Source of the DNA: Dethiobacteria bacterium
Lineage (GTDB): Bacteria > Bacillota > Dethiobacteria > DTU022 > UBA8154
Length of the DNA stretch: 64,000 nucleotides
Direction: 5' to 3'
Assembly (NCBI GenBank): GCA_050948785.1
Contig: JBMNEM010000006.1
Span: 164,722 to 228,721 of the forward strand
Below the pieces are notes generated by a model. The model ran no database searches. It was not told where the DNA came from and was given only the letters and a program-made list of their open reading frames with translations. Below, in pieces: positions 18,229 through 28,294 of this stretch; the stretch's first letter is position 1; the number at the start of each line of letters is the position of its first letter. Made by a program: the position numbers and the translations under genes.

Positions 18229-19524
18229 ATGACAACTGTCCTGCCAATAAAAGGTCTGCGTTTTTCTGCCGCTGCAGGCAGCCCTTCCGAGGTCATCACA
18301 CCGCCCTACGATGTTATTGACGACGAGCTTCAGCAAAGGCTCTACGAGAAAAGCCCTTATAATATCATCCGTCTGGAGTATGCCCAATCCAGGCCTGAGG
18401 ATAATCACCTTGTAAATAAGTATACACGGGCAGCAAAGACCTTTCATGCTTGGCTGCAGGAAGGGATCTTGATCCGGGAAGAAAAACCGGCTATTTATTT
18501 ATATGAACAACATTTTACTTATAACCAAAAGAAATTTAAGCGCCAGGGAATTTACTGTGGAGTGGGATTGTCTCCTTTTGGAAAAGGCAAAGTTATCCCC
18601 CATGAAGAAACCCTGCATCAACCAAAGAAGGACCGCCTGGAGCTTCTACGACATTGCAAAGCCAACTTCAGCCCCATTTTCGGACTCTTCAAAGATCCGG
18701 AGAAATTCGTGGATCACTACGCGGCGCGTTATAAAAAAGAACAGAAACCGGTCATTAATTTTCAGGACCACGATGGACAGTTACATATGCTTTGGGCTGT
18801 TACCGATGAAAAGTTTATTGCCACAATACAAACTTTTTTTCAAAGTCAAAAAATTTATATTGCCGACGGCCACCACCGCTATGAAACAGCCTTGCAATAT
18901 TACCAGGAAAATAAAGAACAGGATCAAAGCAAGGAAAAATACGGGCATGCGCTGATGGTTCTGGTCAACGTTTATGACGAAGGCCTGCTGGCTTTTCCTA
19001 CACACCGCATGATCAGGCAAAGTGGCATTGACAGCCGGAACCTGCTAGCCAAGCTGCAAAAACATTTTCATATTCAGGAGTTTCCCGTAGCGGAGACACA
19101 GGAGGAGCTACTGACGCTGCTGGAAAAATCGTTGACCGCCTCTACAGAAGCAAAGTTATGCTTTGGACTTTATACGCCGGAAAAAAAGTTCTTTCTTCTT
19201 ACCCTTAAAGATTTAAAAGAAGAAGAAAAACCCTTCCCCTGGCTCGATACAGTCATTCTCCAGGAGCTGGTCCTGCAAGATGTTTTTGGAATGGATGAAG
19301 ATGAAATAAAAAAAGGATCTCTTTTGGGTTATATCAGAGATGAATGGGAAGCGAAACAGCAAGTGGACCGGGGCAATGTTTCCTATGTTTTTTTCCTGAA
19401 CGAATCTCCCCTGGAAAAAATAATCAACCTGGCTGAACGGGGCATACGCATGCCGCAAAAATCAACTTATTTCTTTCCCAAGCTGGTGAGCGGCCTGGTT
19501 ATCTTGCAATTAGGCACCCCCTGA
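18229..19524 (+). CDS. DUF1015 family protein
   Basis: PPYDVI, PHEET, IADGHHRYETA, PTHR, MPQKSTYFFPK. Confidence 0.9.
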   Translation: MTTVLPIKGLRFSAAAGSPSEVITPPYDVIDDELQQRLYEKSPYNIIRLEYAQSRPEDNHLVNKYTRAAKTFHAWLQEGILIREEKPAIYLYEQHFTYNQKKFKRQGIYCGVGLSPFGKGKVIPHEETLHQPKKDRLELLRHCKANFSPIFGLFKDPEKFVDHYAARYKKEQKPVINFQDHDGQLHMLWAVTDEKFIATIQTFFQSQKIYIADGHHRYETALQYYQENKEQDQSKEKYGHALMVLVNVYDEGLLAFPTHRMIRQSGIDSRNLLAKLQKHFHIQEFPVAETQEELLTLLEKSLTASTEAKLCFGLYTPEKKFFLLTLKDLKEEEKPFPWLDTVILQELVLQDVFGMDEDEIKKGSLLGYIRDEWEAKQQVDRGNVSYVFFLNESPLEKIINLAERGIRMPQKSTYFFPKLVSGLVILQLGTP

Positions 19525-19526
19525 TT

Positions 19527-19958
19527 CTATATTTCTTTCTCCTCCTTAATTTTATCTTTAATCAGCTTATAGAAGAAAGGGTTTTGTTTGCGCAGGGCAA
19601 TGGGTTTCCCGTTTTTATTTACAAATGCATGCGTTGTTTGGCCTACCGCCAGCAACGTTTCCTTTTCAACGTGCATGATTTCATATTGAAAACCAAGCTT
19701 AACCTCTTGCAGGAGGTTAAGCTTGGTGGTGATCTTGAGCAGATCATCATAACGTGCCGGGTATTTATACTGGCAATACGCTTCAATCACCGGTAAAAAT
19801 ATTTCGTTTTGCTCCAGATATTTATAATTCATCCCCATTGCCCGGAAAAATTCGCTGCGTCCCACCTCAAACCAGATAAAGTAATTGGCATAATAAACTA
19901 CCCCCATCTGGTCTGTATCCTTATAACGTACTCGTAAGGTTGTCTCATTATATTTCAT
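19527..19958 (-). CDS. YbgC/FadM family acyl-CoA thioesterase
   Basis: VRYKDTDQMGVVYYANY.WFE.GR. Confidence 0.9.
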   Translation of the reverse strand: MKYNETTLRVRYKDTDQMGVVYYANYFIWFEVGRSEFFRAMGMNYKYLEQNEIFLPVIEAYCQYKYPARYDDLLKITTKLNLLQEVKLGFQYEIMHVEKETLLAVGQTTHAFVNKNGKPIALRKQNPFFYKLIKDKIKEEKEI

Positions 19959-20002
19959 CTGGTTTCAATCTCCTCCGGATTTGGCTATTCGCTCTCCTTT
20001 TT

Positions 20003-21751
20003 TTAGATGACCGTAGCGCGTCCCCGGTAAATCAAACCTCTGGCAGCATCCACAGTGATGAGCTGCCCGGGGGAGAGCTCCCTGGTAGCATCCGCGGCAC
20101 CGACAATCACAGGTTTGCCCAGATTTAAACCTACGATGGCGGCATGAGAGGTCAGACCTCCTGCTTCAGTAATAATTGCACCAGCCTTTTCCATAGCCGG
20201 TAAATATTCTTTATCGGTATCACTGCAGACCAGAATTTGGTTTTCCTTTATTTTCAGTGCTTCGTCTGCATTTTGGGCCAGATGAACAACGCCGGTTATA
20301 GCTGCTTTCCCTACACCCTGGCCCTGGATAATAATTTCTCCGACAGTATCAATGCGGAGAAAGTTTGTTGTCCCGGGCACTCCAACCGGAACCCCCGCTG
20401 TAAGAATAATTAAATCCCCGTTATGAATCAGTCCCGCTTCCAAAGCCACCTTGACAGCGGTATCAAAAATTTCATCAGTACTGGCTGTAGGCGGGCATAA
20501 CAAGGGATAAACTCCCCAAGTAAGGGTAAGTGCAGTGGCCACCTTTTCCGAAGGTGTTACAGCGATAATCGGTGCCCGGGGCTTGTATTTGGAAACCATA
20601 CGCGCCGTATAACCTGATTGCGTTGCGGAAATAATCGCCGCAGCCTCCAAATCCTGTGCTGCCCGGCAGGTTGCATGGCCAATAGCATCTGTGACCGTGT
20701 GATGTATTACACGGTCGAAATTCCCCAGCAGCTCCCTGTATTCAAGGGCCTCCTCCGTCCGCTGAGTGATACGGGCCATTGTTTCGGCCGCCTCACGGGG
20801 AAAAGCCCCGATAGCCGTCTCCCCGGAAAGCATGACGGCATCGGTACCGTCAAAAATAGCGTTGGCTACATCACTTGCCTCCGCCCTGGTGGGCCGGGGA
20901 TAACGGACCATCGAATCAAGCATCTGCGTGGCCGTAATAACCGGTTTTCCAGCAAGATTACAAGCCGCAATGAGATTTTTTTGCACCAAGGGAACATCCT
21001 CCGCCGGAATCTCAACTCCCAGATCTCCCCGGGCGATCATGATCCCGTCGGCTACCTGCAAAATTTCCGTAAAGTTCTCTACACCTTCAAAATTTTCTAT
21101 CTTGGCAATGATCTGCGCCTCTGCCTTATTTTTTTCCACAAGATATCTGATGTCCAAAACATCTGCAGCGCGACGAATAAAGGAAGCGGCAATAAAATCA
21201 ACGTTTTGCTGCAGGGCAAACTCGATATCCCTTTCATCTTCCGGTGAGAACACGGGAAGATTAATGTTAATACCGGGCAGGTTCAGGCCTTTACGTGAAG
21301 AAAGACTTCCCCCGTGGATTACTACCGTTTCAACCTCTACAGGAGTTATTTTCACCACTCGAAGTTCAATCAAACCATCATCCAGTAAAATGCGGTCGCC
21401 CTCTTTTAAATCCGCGGGCAAACCCCGGTAGGTAACGCTGACTCTACGATGATCTCCGGCGCAATCCGCAGTTGTCAGGGTAAAGCGTTCCCCCTCAACA
21501 AGCTCTACCTCTCCCTGCCGGAAATCCCTGACTCGTATTTCCGGCCCACGGGTATCAACCAGGATGGCCACCTTTTTACCTGCCTGTCGGCTCGCCTGGC
21601 GGATCTTTTTAATACTGTCGGCATGAATCTCCAGGTTACCGTGGGAAAAATTTATGCGAGCAACATCCATACCCTTCTCAATCAGGGTTTTAATTGTTTG
21701 CAGATCCTCTGAAGCCGGCCCAATGGTACAGACTATTTTCGTCCGCCGCAC
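20003..21751 (-). CDS. pyk: Pyruvate kinase with C-terminal PEP-utiliser domain
   Basis: TKIVCTIGPAS, IAKIE, ARGDLGVE, TATQMLDSM, GGLTSHAAIV. Confidence 0.97.
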   Translation of the reverse strand: MRRTKIVCTIGPASEDLQTIKTLIEKGMDVARINFSHGNLEIHADSIKKIRQASRQAGKKVAILVDTRGPEIRVRDFRQGEVELVEGERFTLTTADCAGDHRRVSVTYRGLPADLKEGDRILLDDGLIELRVVKITPVEVETVVIHGGSLSSRKGLNLPGININLPVFSPEDERDIEFALQQNVDFIAASFIRRAADVLDIRYLVEKNKAEAQIIAKIENFEGVENFTEILQVADGIMIARGDLGVEIPAEDVPLVQKNLIAACNLAGKPVITATQMLDSMVRYPRPTRAEASDVANAIFDGTDAVMLSGETAIGAFPREAAETMARITQRTEEALEYRELLGNFDRVIHHTVTDAIGHATCRAAQDLEAAAIISATQSGYTARMVSKYKPRAPIIAVTPSEKVATALTLTWGVYPLLCPPTASTDEIFDTAVKVALEAGLIHNGDLIILTAGVPVGVPGTTNFLRIDTVGEIIIQGQGVGKAAITGVVHLAQNADEALKIKENQILVCSDTDKEYLPAMEKAGAIITEAGGLTSHAAIVGLNLGKPVIVGAADATRELSPGQLITVDAARGLIYRGRATVI

Positions 21752-21765
21752 CTAGATCTCTCCCC

Positions 21766-22725
21766 TTAAATGGCCAGAATACCGGCCAAATCATAATCAC
21801 TCCATAAAAAATCTTTCTTACTGTTAAAAATTTCCTCATAGGGCACCCCCCTGATTTCACCTTTCCAATAACCAAGGGCCTGGTTTCTTTTGTTTTCCAG
21901 CAGCAGATCTACCGCCTTACCCCCCATACGGCTGGCCAGGACGCGATCAAAGGCTGTCGGGGTGCCGCCTCTTTGCAGGTGACCCAAAATTATGACCCGC
22001 ACTTCCATCTGGAGAAGCCTCTTAATTCCCTCTCCCACGCTTACAGCGTTGGCCGCACCTTCGGCCACCAGAATAATACTATGACGCTTGCCTCTTTTCA
22101 CACCCCGCAGCAGGCGGCTGCATACCTCCTCGATGCTAAAAGGGACCTCGGGGACAATAATGGATTCTGCTCCTCCCGCCAATCCGGCCACCAAGGCTAT
22201 ATGCCCCGTATCGCGCCCCATAACCTCGATGACATAGATCCTCTCATGAGAAGTAGCCGTATCCCGGACTCTGTTGATCGCATCGATTACCGTATTGATT
22301 GCCGTATCAAAACCAATACAAAAATCAGTACAGGGAATATCATTGTCAATGGTCGCTGGAATGCCCACCGTGGGGAAACCCATATCTTCCAAAATCTTGG
22401 CCCCTTTAAAGGAACCATCCCCGCCAATCACTACAATCCCTTCAATTCCTCGTTCTTGCAAGTAAGCGCGTGCTTTTTCCTGCCCCTTTTTGGTCTGGAA
22501 ATTCGGACTTCTGGCTGTACGGAGGATCGTGCCGCCCCGGTGTATAATATCAGCCACAGAGCCTAGCTCCAAGGGTATAATTTCTCTGTTGATCAACCCC
22601 GAAAAACCACGCTGCACACCATAGATCTCCAGCTGATGATAGATACTTTTGCGTACCACCGCCCGGATGGCCGCATTCATGCCTGGAGCATCACCCCCGC
22701 TGGTTAGAACAGCGATTTTTTTCAA
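21766..22725 (-). CDS. pfkA: 6-phosphofructokinase
   Basis: TSGGDAPGMNAA, GGDGS, TIDND, EVMGR, LGHLQRGG. Confidence 0.97.
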   Translation of the reverse strand: MKKIAVLTSGGDAPGMNAAIRAVVRKSIYHQLEIYGVQRGFSGLINREIIPLELGSVADIIHRGGTILRTARSPNFQTKKGQEKARAYLQERGIEGIVVIGGDGSFKGAKILEDMGFPTVGIPATIDNDIPCTDFCIGFDTAINTVIDAINRVRDTATSHERIYVIEVMGRDTGHIALVAGLAGGAESIIVPEVPFSIEEVCSRLLRGVKRGKRHSIILVAEGAANAVSVGEGIKRLLQMEVRVIILGHLQRGGTPTAFDRVLASRMGGKAVDLLLENKRNQALGYWKGEIRGVPYEEIFNSKKDFLWSDYDLAGILAI

Positions 22726-22811
22726 TTTATTTTCCTCCTCTGGACAATTTCAAATCTAATAACCCCTGCCTTTATATTTCAGTATTTGCGTGTGCAGGAA
22801 ATTTAATCCCC

Positions 22812-25800
22812 CTAAACATCCCCGGTAGCTGCTAATTGCTGGATTTTCAGACAGCCCGGCCCTAAAAGTTCTTCTACACGCCTATAGAGCTGCTCTTCAT
22901 CTCCTTTAACCCAACATTCCTGCCCCGTTAAAAGCAACCTTGCATATTTTTCAAAATAAAGATAAACCGGGTTTCCCCCATGATATGAGGTAAGAATATC
23001 TTTCAAGGCGACCATCTCCGCCAGAGGCCTTTCCGCATCGATCCGGATAAAAAGCTGCCGGGGTTCTGCAGGAAAAAAAGTGGCCTCCCGACAGATAATT
23101 TTAACCTCTCCTTCCTCTTTATAATCGGTTTGCCCTTGAAGGAGGACAACCCTGTCTTCCTGCAGGTCCTCCTGGTATTTCTCGAATAAATCACTAAAAA
23201 CAACCACTTCAACCTCGCCGGTGAGATCCTCCACTTGCAGAAAAGACATCGGACGCCCTTTTTTTGTATAGATGACACGCTGCGAGGAGATCATGCCCAC
23301 GATGGAAACATTACGGCGGTCACCAACTTCCGTCAATGCACCGATAGGGACAATCCCGCGCAGGTTTTCCAGGATAGAGCGATATTGATCCAAAGGATGG
23401 CCGGAGATATAAAGGCCGACCATTTCTTTTTCCAAAGCCAGTTTTTCACGCGGGGAAAACTCCGCCAGGTCCGGAAGATCATCCTGGGGAGCCTGCGAGG
23501 ATTGATCTGCACTCAAGTAAGCAAACATGGAGATCTGCCCGTTTAAGCGATCTTTTTGAGCTTGCTGCCCGTAAGCCAGAGCCTTCTCCAGGATATTCAG
23601 GTACTGGGCGCGCTTTCCACCCAGGGAGTCAAAAGCCCCGCTTTTAATCAGGCTCTCCAATACTTTGCGGTTGCAGGTGCGCAAATCCACCTTACAACAA
23701 AAATCGTAAAGGCCGTCAAATTTCCCCTCTTTCTGCCGCGTTTCCATAATTGTTTCAATCGCACCCTTACCGACATTTTTAACGGCAGCGAGTCCGAAGC
23801 GAATCCGGTTATGCCCCACAGCAGTAAAATTAACATCACTTTCATTTACATCCGGGGGCAAAATTTCGATTCCCTGGCGGCGACAGTCGGCGATATAAAG
23901 AGCTATTTTTTCACTGCTGGACATCACCCCTGTGAGCAGCGCCGCCATAAATTCCAAAGGATGGTTGGCTTTCAAGTAAGCTGTCTGGTAGGCAATCAGA
24001 GCATAAGCCGCGGCATGCGATTTGTTAAAACCGTAGGAAGCAAATTTTACAATCAGATCGTAAAGCTCTTCTCCCAGTTTTTTTGTGTAGTCCTTTTTCT
24101 CCAGTCCTTGGATGAAAATAACCCTTTGCTCATCGAGAATCTCCCGCTTCTTTTTACCGATAGCCCGGCGCAGAAGATCGGCTTGTCCCAGCGTAAAGCC
24201 GGCCATTTTGGCCGCTATTTCCATAATCTGTTCCTGATAAACAATCACGCCGTAGGTTTCCTTGAGAATGGGCTCCAAATCGGGATGCAGATACTTGATA
24301 GGCCTTAAACCATGCTTACTCTCCACAAAAACAGGGATTTGTTCCATGGGTCCAGGACGGTAAAGCGCCACGACAGCGATAATATCCTCAAATTTACTGG
24401 GTTTCAAATCCCGAAGAGCGGAACGCATACCGCTGCTCTCCAGCTGAAAAACACCGGCTGTCTCCCCCTGGGACAAAAGCTTATAAGTAAGGGCATCATC
24501 CAGGGGAATGGTCTCCAGTGTGATTTTTTCCCCTTCATTCCGCCGCGCATTGATTTGCCGGATGGTTTCCCCCATGATTGTCAAAGTGCGCAAACCTAAA
24601 AAATCCATCTTCAGCAACCCGAGTTCTTCCAGGGTATTCATGGGAAATTGCGTTACAACAACGTTATCGGCGACTTTCTGTAAAGGAACATGCTCCACTA
24701 GCGGCCTTCCGGCGATGACCACACCGGCGGCATGCGTGGAGGCATGCCGGGGAAGCCCTTCCAGCGCCCGTGAAGTATCAAGTAAAAGACGATAGCGCGG
24801 CTCACTCCGGTAAAGCTCCAGGAGATCTTTATTCATCTCCAGCGCCTTATCAATGGTCATACCTGCTTCAAAGGGGATCATTTTCGCCAGGCGGTCCGTT
24901 TCGCCATAAGAAATATTTAAAGCCCTGCCCACATCCCGTACTGCCAACCTGGCCGCCATCGTGCCAAAAGTGGCGATCTGGGCCACGCGGTCCTCACCAT
25001 ATTTTTCCACGACATAGCGGATCACCTCATCACGGCGCTCATAACAAAAATCAATATCGATATCCGGCATAGAAACTCTTTCCGGATTTAAAAACCTTTC
25101 AAAAAGCAAACCATAACGCAAAGGATTGATATTGGTGATGGAAAGAGTATAAGCCACCAGGCTTCCGGCAGCAGAACCGCGGCCCGGCCCGACCAAAATG
25201 CCATGTTCATGGGCAAAACGTACGAAATCCCAAACAATCAGGAAATAACCGGCATAGCCCATCTGGTTGATGATCCTCAATTCATAGTCCAGACGTTCCT
25301 CGATCTCCGGTGTCACACAGGGAAATTTTTCCTTCAGCCCTTGTTCACAAAGGGCCTTTAAATATTCCCCGGCATTTTCATAGGAAGAGGGTATCGCATA
25401 AGGAGGCAGGTGCATCTGGCCAAAGGAAAACTCAAGCTCAATCCGGTCAGCTATTTTAACGGTATTTTCAAACACTTCTGCCGGAAAATCGCTAAAAACT
25501 GCCCGCATCTCCTCTTCATCTTTAAAATAAAACTCGTTTCCCTCAAATTTTAAACGATTTTCATCTTCTACACTCTTACCTGTCTGGATACAGAGTAAAA
25601 CATCATGAGCACGGGCATCCTCCTGCTCCAAATAATGGACATCATTGCTGACCACCAAGGGAATACCCGTTTCCCCCCCCAGTTCCAATAGTTTCCTATT
25701 GAGCCCTTTTTGTTCCGGGAGCCCGTGTTCCTGCAATTCAAGGTAAAAATTATCCGGGCCGAAAGTATCCCGGTACCAGCAGGCTGTTTGCCAGGCTTTT

Positions 25801-26252
25801 TCCTCTTCCCCGGCCAGCAACAGCCTGGGAATCTCACCGGCCTGACAGGCACTTAAAGCAATGAGCCCCTCTTTGTACTTTTCAAGGATTTCCCGATCCA
25901 CACGGGGTTTATAATAAAAACCTTCCAGATAACCGGCTGTCACCAGCTGCATCAGGTTCAGGTATCCCTGCATATTTTTCGCCAGCAGAACGAGGTGAAA
26001 GCGGGTATCGTCCCGCCCCGGCTCCTTTTGCCAGCGGCCTCTGGGAGCCACATAAACCTCACACCCGATAATCGGTTTGATCCCCTTCTGCCGCGCCGCC
26101 TTATAAAAATCAATAACCCCATAAAGGTTACCATGATCAGTAATCGCCACTGCCGGCATGCCAAGTTTGTGCGCTTTCTCCACCACTTTGTCAATACGTG
26201 CAGCTCCGTCCAGGAGGCTGTATTCAGTATGCACATGTAAATGAACAAACAA
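22812..26252 (-). CDS. dnaE: DNA polymerase III alpha subunit
   Basis: PHP HLHVHTEYSLLDG, GRGSAAGS, MPDIDID, KMDFLGL, YGFNKSH, OB fold. Confidence 0.98.
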   Translation of the reverse strand: MFVHLHVHTEYSLLDGAARIDKVVEKAHKLGMPAVAITDHGNLYGVIDFYKAARQKGIKPIIGCEVYVAPRGRWQKEPGRDDTRFHLVLLAKNMQGYLNLMQLVTAGYLEGFYYKPRVDREILEKYKEGLIALSACQAGEIPRLLLAGEEEKAWQTACWYRDTFGPDNFYLELQEHGLPEQKGLNRKLLELGGETGIPLVVSNDVHYLEQEDARAHDVLLCIQTGKSVEDENRLKFEGNEFYFKDEEEMRAVFSDFPAEVFENTVKIADRIELEFSFGQMHLPPYAIPSSYENAGEYLKALCEQGLKEKFPCVTPEIEERLDYELRIINQMGYAGYFLIVWDFVRFAHEHGILVGPGRGSAAGSLVAYTLSITNINPLRYGLLFERFLNPERVSMPDIDIDFCYERRDEVIRYVVEKYGEDRVAQIATFGTMAARLAVRDVGRALNISYGETDRLAKMIPFEAGMTIDKALEMNKDLLELYRSEPRYRLLLDTSRALEGLPRHASTHAAGVVIAGRPLVEHVPLQKVADNVVVTQFPMNTLEELGLLKMDFLGLRTLTIMGETIRQINARRNEGEKITLETIPLDDALTYKLLSQGETAGVFQLESSGMRSALRDLKPSKFEDIIAVVALYRPGPMEQIPVFVESKHGLRPIKYLHPDLEPILKETYGVIVYQEQIMEIAAKMAGFTLGQADLLRRAIGKKKREILDEQRVIFIQGLEKKDYTKKLGEELYDLIVKFASYGFNKSHAAAYALIAYQTAYLKANHPLEFMAALLTGVMSSSEKIALYIADCRRQGIEILPPDVNESDVNFTAVGHNRIRFGLAAVKNVGKGAIETIMETRQKEGKFDGLYDFCCKVDLRTCNRKVLESLIKSGAFDSLGGKRAQYLNILEKALAYGQQAQKDRLNGQISMFAYLSADQSSQAPQDDLPDLAEFSPREKLALEKEMVGLYISGHPLDQYRSILENLRGIVPIGALTEVGDRRNVSIVGMISSQRVIYTKKGRPMSFLQVEDLTGEVEVVVFSDLFEKYQEDLQEDRVVLLQGQTDYKEEGEVKIICREATFFPAEPRQLFIRIDAERPLAEMVALKDILTSYHGGNPVYLYFEKYARLLLTGQECWVKGDEEQLYRRVEELLGPGCLKIQQLAATGDV

Positions 26253-26430
26253 AAAAATTCCCCCGACCGTTTTATTATGTTCTAGTATTTCGACCCTTAG
26301 TAAAAAAACCCTTTAAAAGTAAAAGGGGCAATCAAAAATCATCATTCCGATTCAACAGGGCAATTCATCACCGGAGCAAGCCTAATGGATTTTCCCTGTG
26401 GCCGTATAACTGTATAACTAAACAAGAATC

Positions 26431-26604
26431 CTAACGGCGGAGCGAAAAGTTCTTCAGGAAAGCTACCGCCACCAGCACGCAAAGAGCTGTCCAGGCCGTG
26501 GCAAAAAGACCTTCCAGAGTGGAAAACCCTATCCGGGGAAGGGTGAGCATGCCTACCGTTAATAAAAGACAGGATAAAAGGGAACCCAGTTCGTCTATTT
26601 TCAT
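26431..26604 (-). CDS. Small two-helix membrane protein (57 aa, not in ORF track)
   Basis: MKIDELGSLLSCLLLTVGMLTLPRIGFSTLEGLFATAWTALCVLVAVAFLKNFSLRR; GAGGT RBS. Confidence 0.55.
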   Translation of the reverse strand: MKIDELGSLLSCLLLTVGMLTLPRIGFSTLEGLFATAWTALCVLVAVAFLKNFSLRR

Positions 26605-26708
26605 AGCTTGTAAACCTCATTCCCGCACAAATCATTTGTTTCTAATTTATTATATGCTCACCACCGCATATTTTTACTGCCGATAGGCACTTTTGTTGAA
26701 ATGCCAGG

Positions 26709-27170
26709 CTACTTCATACCGGGGTATCCCTGCTGGCGCAGGGCTTCATAGAGAACTACAGCCACAGCATTGGCCAGATTCAAAGAGCGGGGAATATCTG
26801 CCGTCATCGGTATTCTGAAACAGTGCTCCGGCCATCTTTCCAGCAACTCCGGCGCCAAACCGGCTGTTTCTTTCCCAAAAACTAAAAAATCTTCCGCTGT
26901 ATAAGAAATTTCCGTATAAGATTTTTTCGCCCTGGTCGTAAAAAAATAAAAATTTAAGCCTGGATAGATATTGTAAAGACTCTCGAAATCCCTGTAAGAG
27001 TAGCATAAAAGATGGGGCCAGTAATCCAAGCCGGCACGACGCAAATAACGGTCCGCCAGAGAAAACCCCAAATCACCGACAAGATGAAGACTGGTATTTG
27101 TCAGCACACATGTCCGGGCAATATTACCTGTATTCGGCGGTATCTCCGGCTCAATCAGCACTACGTGCAT
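26709..27170 (-). CDS. trmL: tRNA (C34/U34) 2'-O-methyltransferase, SPOUT
   Basis: EPEIPPNTGNIAR, RRAGLDYW, FGKETAGL, RSLNLAN. Confidence 0.95.
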   Translation of the reverse strand: MHVVLIEPEIPPNTGNIARTCVLTNTSLHLVGDLGFSLADRYLRRAGLDYWPHLLCYSYRDFESLYNIYPGLNFYFFTTRAKKSYTEISYTAEDFLVFGKETAGLAPELLERWPEHCFRIPMTADIPRSLNLANAVAVVLYEALRQQGYPGMK

Positions 27171-27173
27171 GCT

Positions 27174-27938
27174 TTAAACCTCCCGCTGCACAACATAAAA
27201 TATATTCCGATCTTCCGGCGCGGGTTCCACCATGGTAAAAGCCCTGTAACATGATTTTAGCTGCCAGCCGGTTTCCAGCAGGACCGGTTCCAATTCCTCA
27301 CGGGAATAAGAGCGTTCCCTGTGCTCTTCCTGTATCTTCTCATAAAGCCCCTCATCCCCACGGATAAAAGCTGTGAGTTTAATTCTCCAGATTTTTTCCC
27401 CGGGTTCCAGGCAGCTCTCCCAGATTAAAGTAATCTCTTCATCTTCAAGCCAGGAAACCTCCGGTGTAGTGCCGGCAGGAAGCTTTTCCACCAGGTTTAA
27501 ATTAAAGATAAAGTACCCCCCCGGGCGCAAAACAGCCCGTATACTCTGCAAAGCCTTTTTTAAATCCTCGACAGTCAAAAGATAATTCAAGCCATCCTGA
27601 TAGAGCACAATCACGTCAGCTTGAAAGGGCAGCTGCAAACTGCGCATATCCTGCCGGTAAAATTTAACCTCCAGGCCGGAATCCCGAGCCTTCTGCCCGG
27701 CTACCGCCAGCATTTCCGAGGAAATATCCGCTCCATAAACACAGTAACCCCTCTCCGCCCAGGGAAATGTCGAATTGCCCGTTCCACAGGCCAAATCCAA
27801 AACAACCCGACAAGGCTGTATCTGAAAATGTTCAAAAATTTCCTCCAGGTAATCAGCCCATTCCTGGTAGTTTACCCCGCTCAAAAGATAATCATAAATG
27901 CGAGCCAAACCCCCATAAGTCTGTGCCATCCCTTTCAC
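27174..27938 (-). CDS. Class I SAM-dependent methyltransferase
   Basis: VLDLACGTG, D.S..ML, QDMR, LRPGG. Confidence 0.9.
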   Translation of the reverse strand: MKGMAQTYGGLARIYDYLLSGVNYQEWADYLEEIFEHFQIQPCRVVLDLACGTGNSTFPWAERGYCVYGADISSEMLAVAGQKARDSGLEVKFYRQDMRSLQLPFQADVIVLYQDGLNYLLTVEDLKKALQSIRAVLRPGGYFIFNLNLVEKLPAGTTPEVSWLEDEEITLIWESCLEPGEKIWRIKLTAFIRGDEGLYEKIQEEHRERSYSREELEPVLLETGWQLKSCYRAFTMVEPAPEDRNIFYVVQREV

Positions 27939-27999
27939 CCCCTACAATCAGCATTAGAAAAACAGGTTGAACAGCATTACCCTGCCGCAGGGCCAACCA

Positions 28000-28264
28000 C
28001 GGGGACGGGCCTTGTGGCTGGCAAGGGCAACTACAGCTAACACGGCTAATGCCCCAGCTGCTATAGCGGCCATGCAAGCAATCACAAGAACCGTCCCTCC
28101 GATTTCTTGGCTGGTGCCTGCTGCCGGTTACCAACCACCAGAACCGTCCCCGCGTCACCTCCCGGGGACGGGCCTTGTGGCTGGCAAGGGCAACTACAGC
28201 TAACACGGCTAATGCCCCAGCTGCTATAGCGGCTACGCAAGCAATCACAAGAACCGTCCCTCCG
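28000..28264. repeat. Two 102-bp direct repeats with imperfect terminal inverted repeats (REP/MITE-like)
   Basis: 28000-28101 and 28163-28264 differ at 2 positions; ends GGGACGG../..GAACCGTCCC; extra AGAACCGTCCCC at ~28140. Confidence 0.85.
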
Positions 28265-28294
28265 GTTTCCCCGCGGCTGAGCGCTGGGTCCGGC

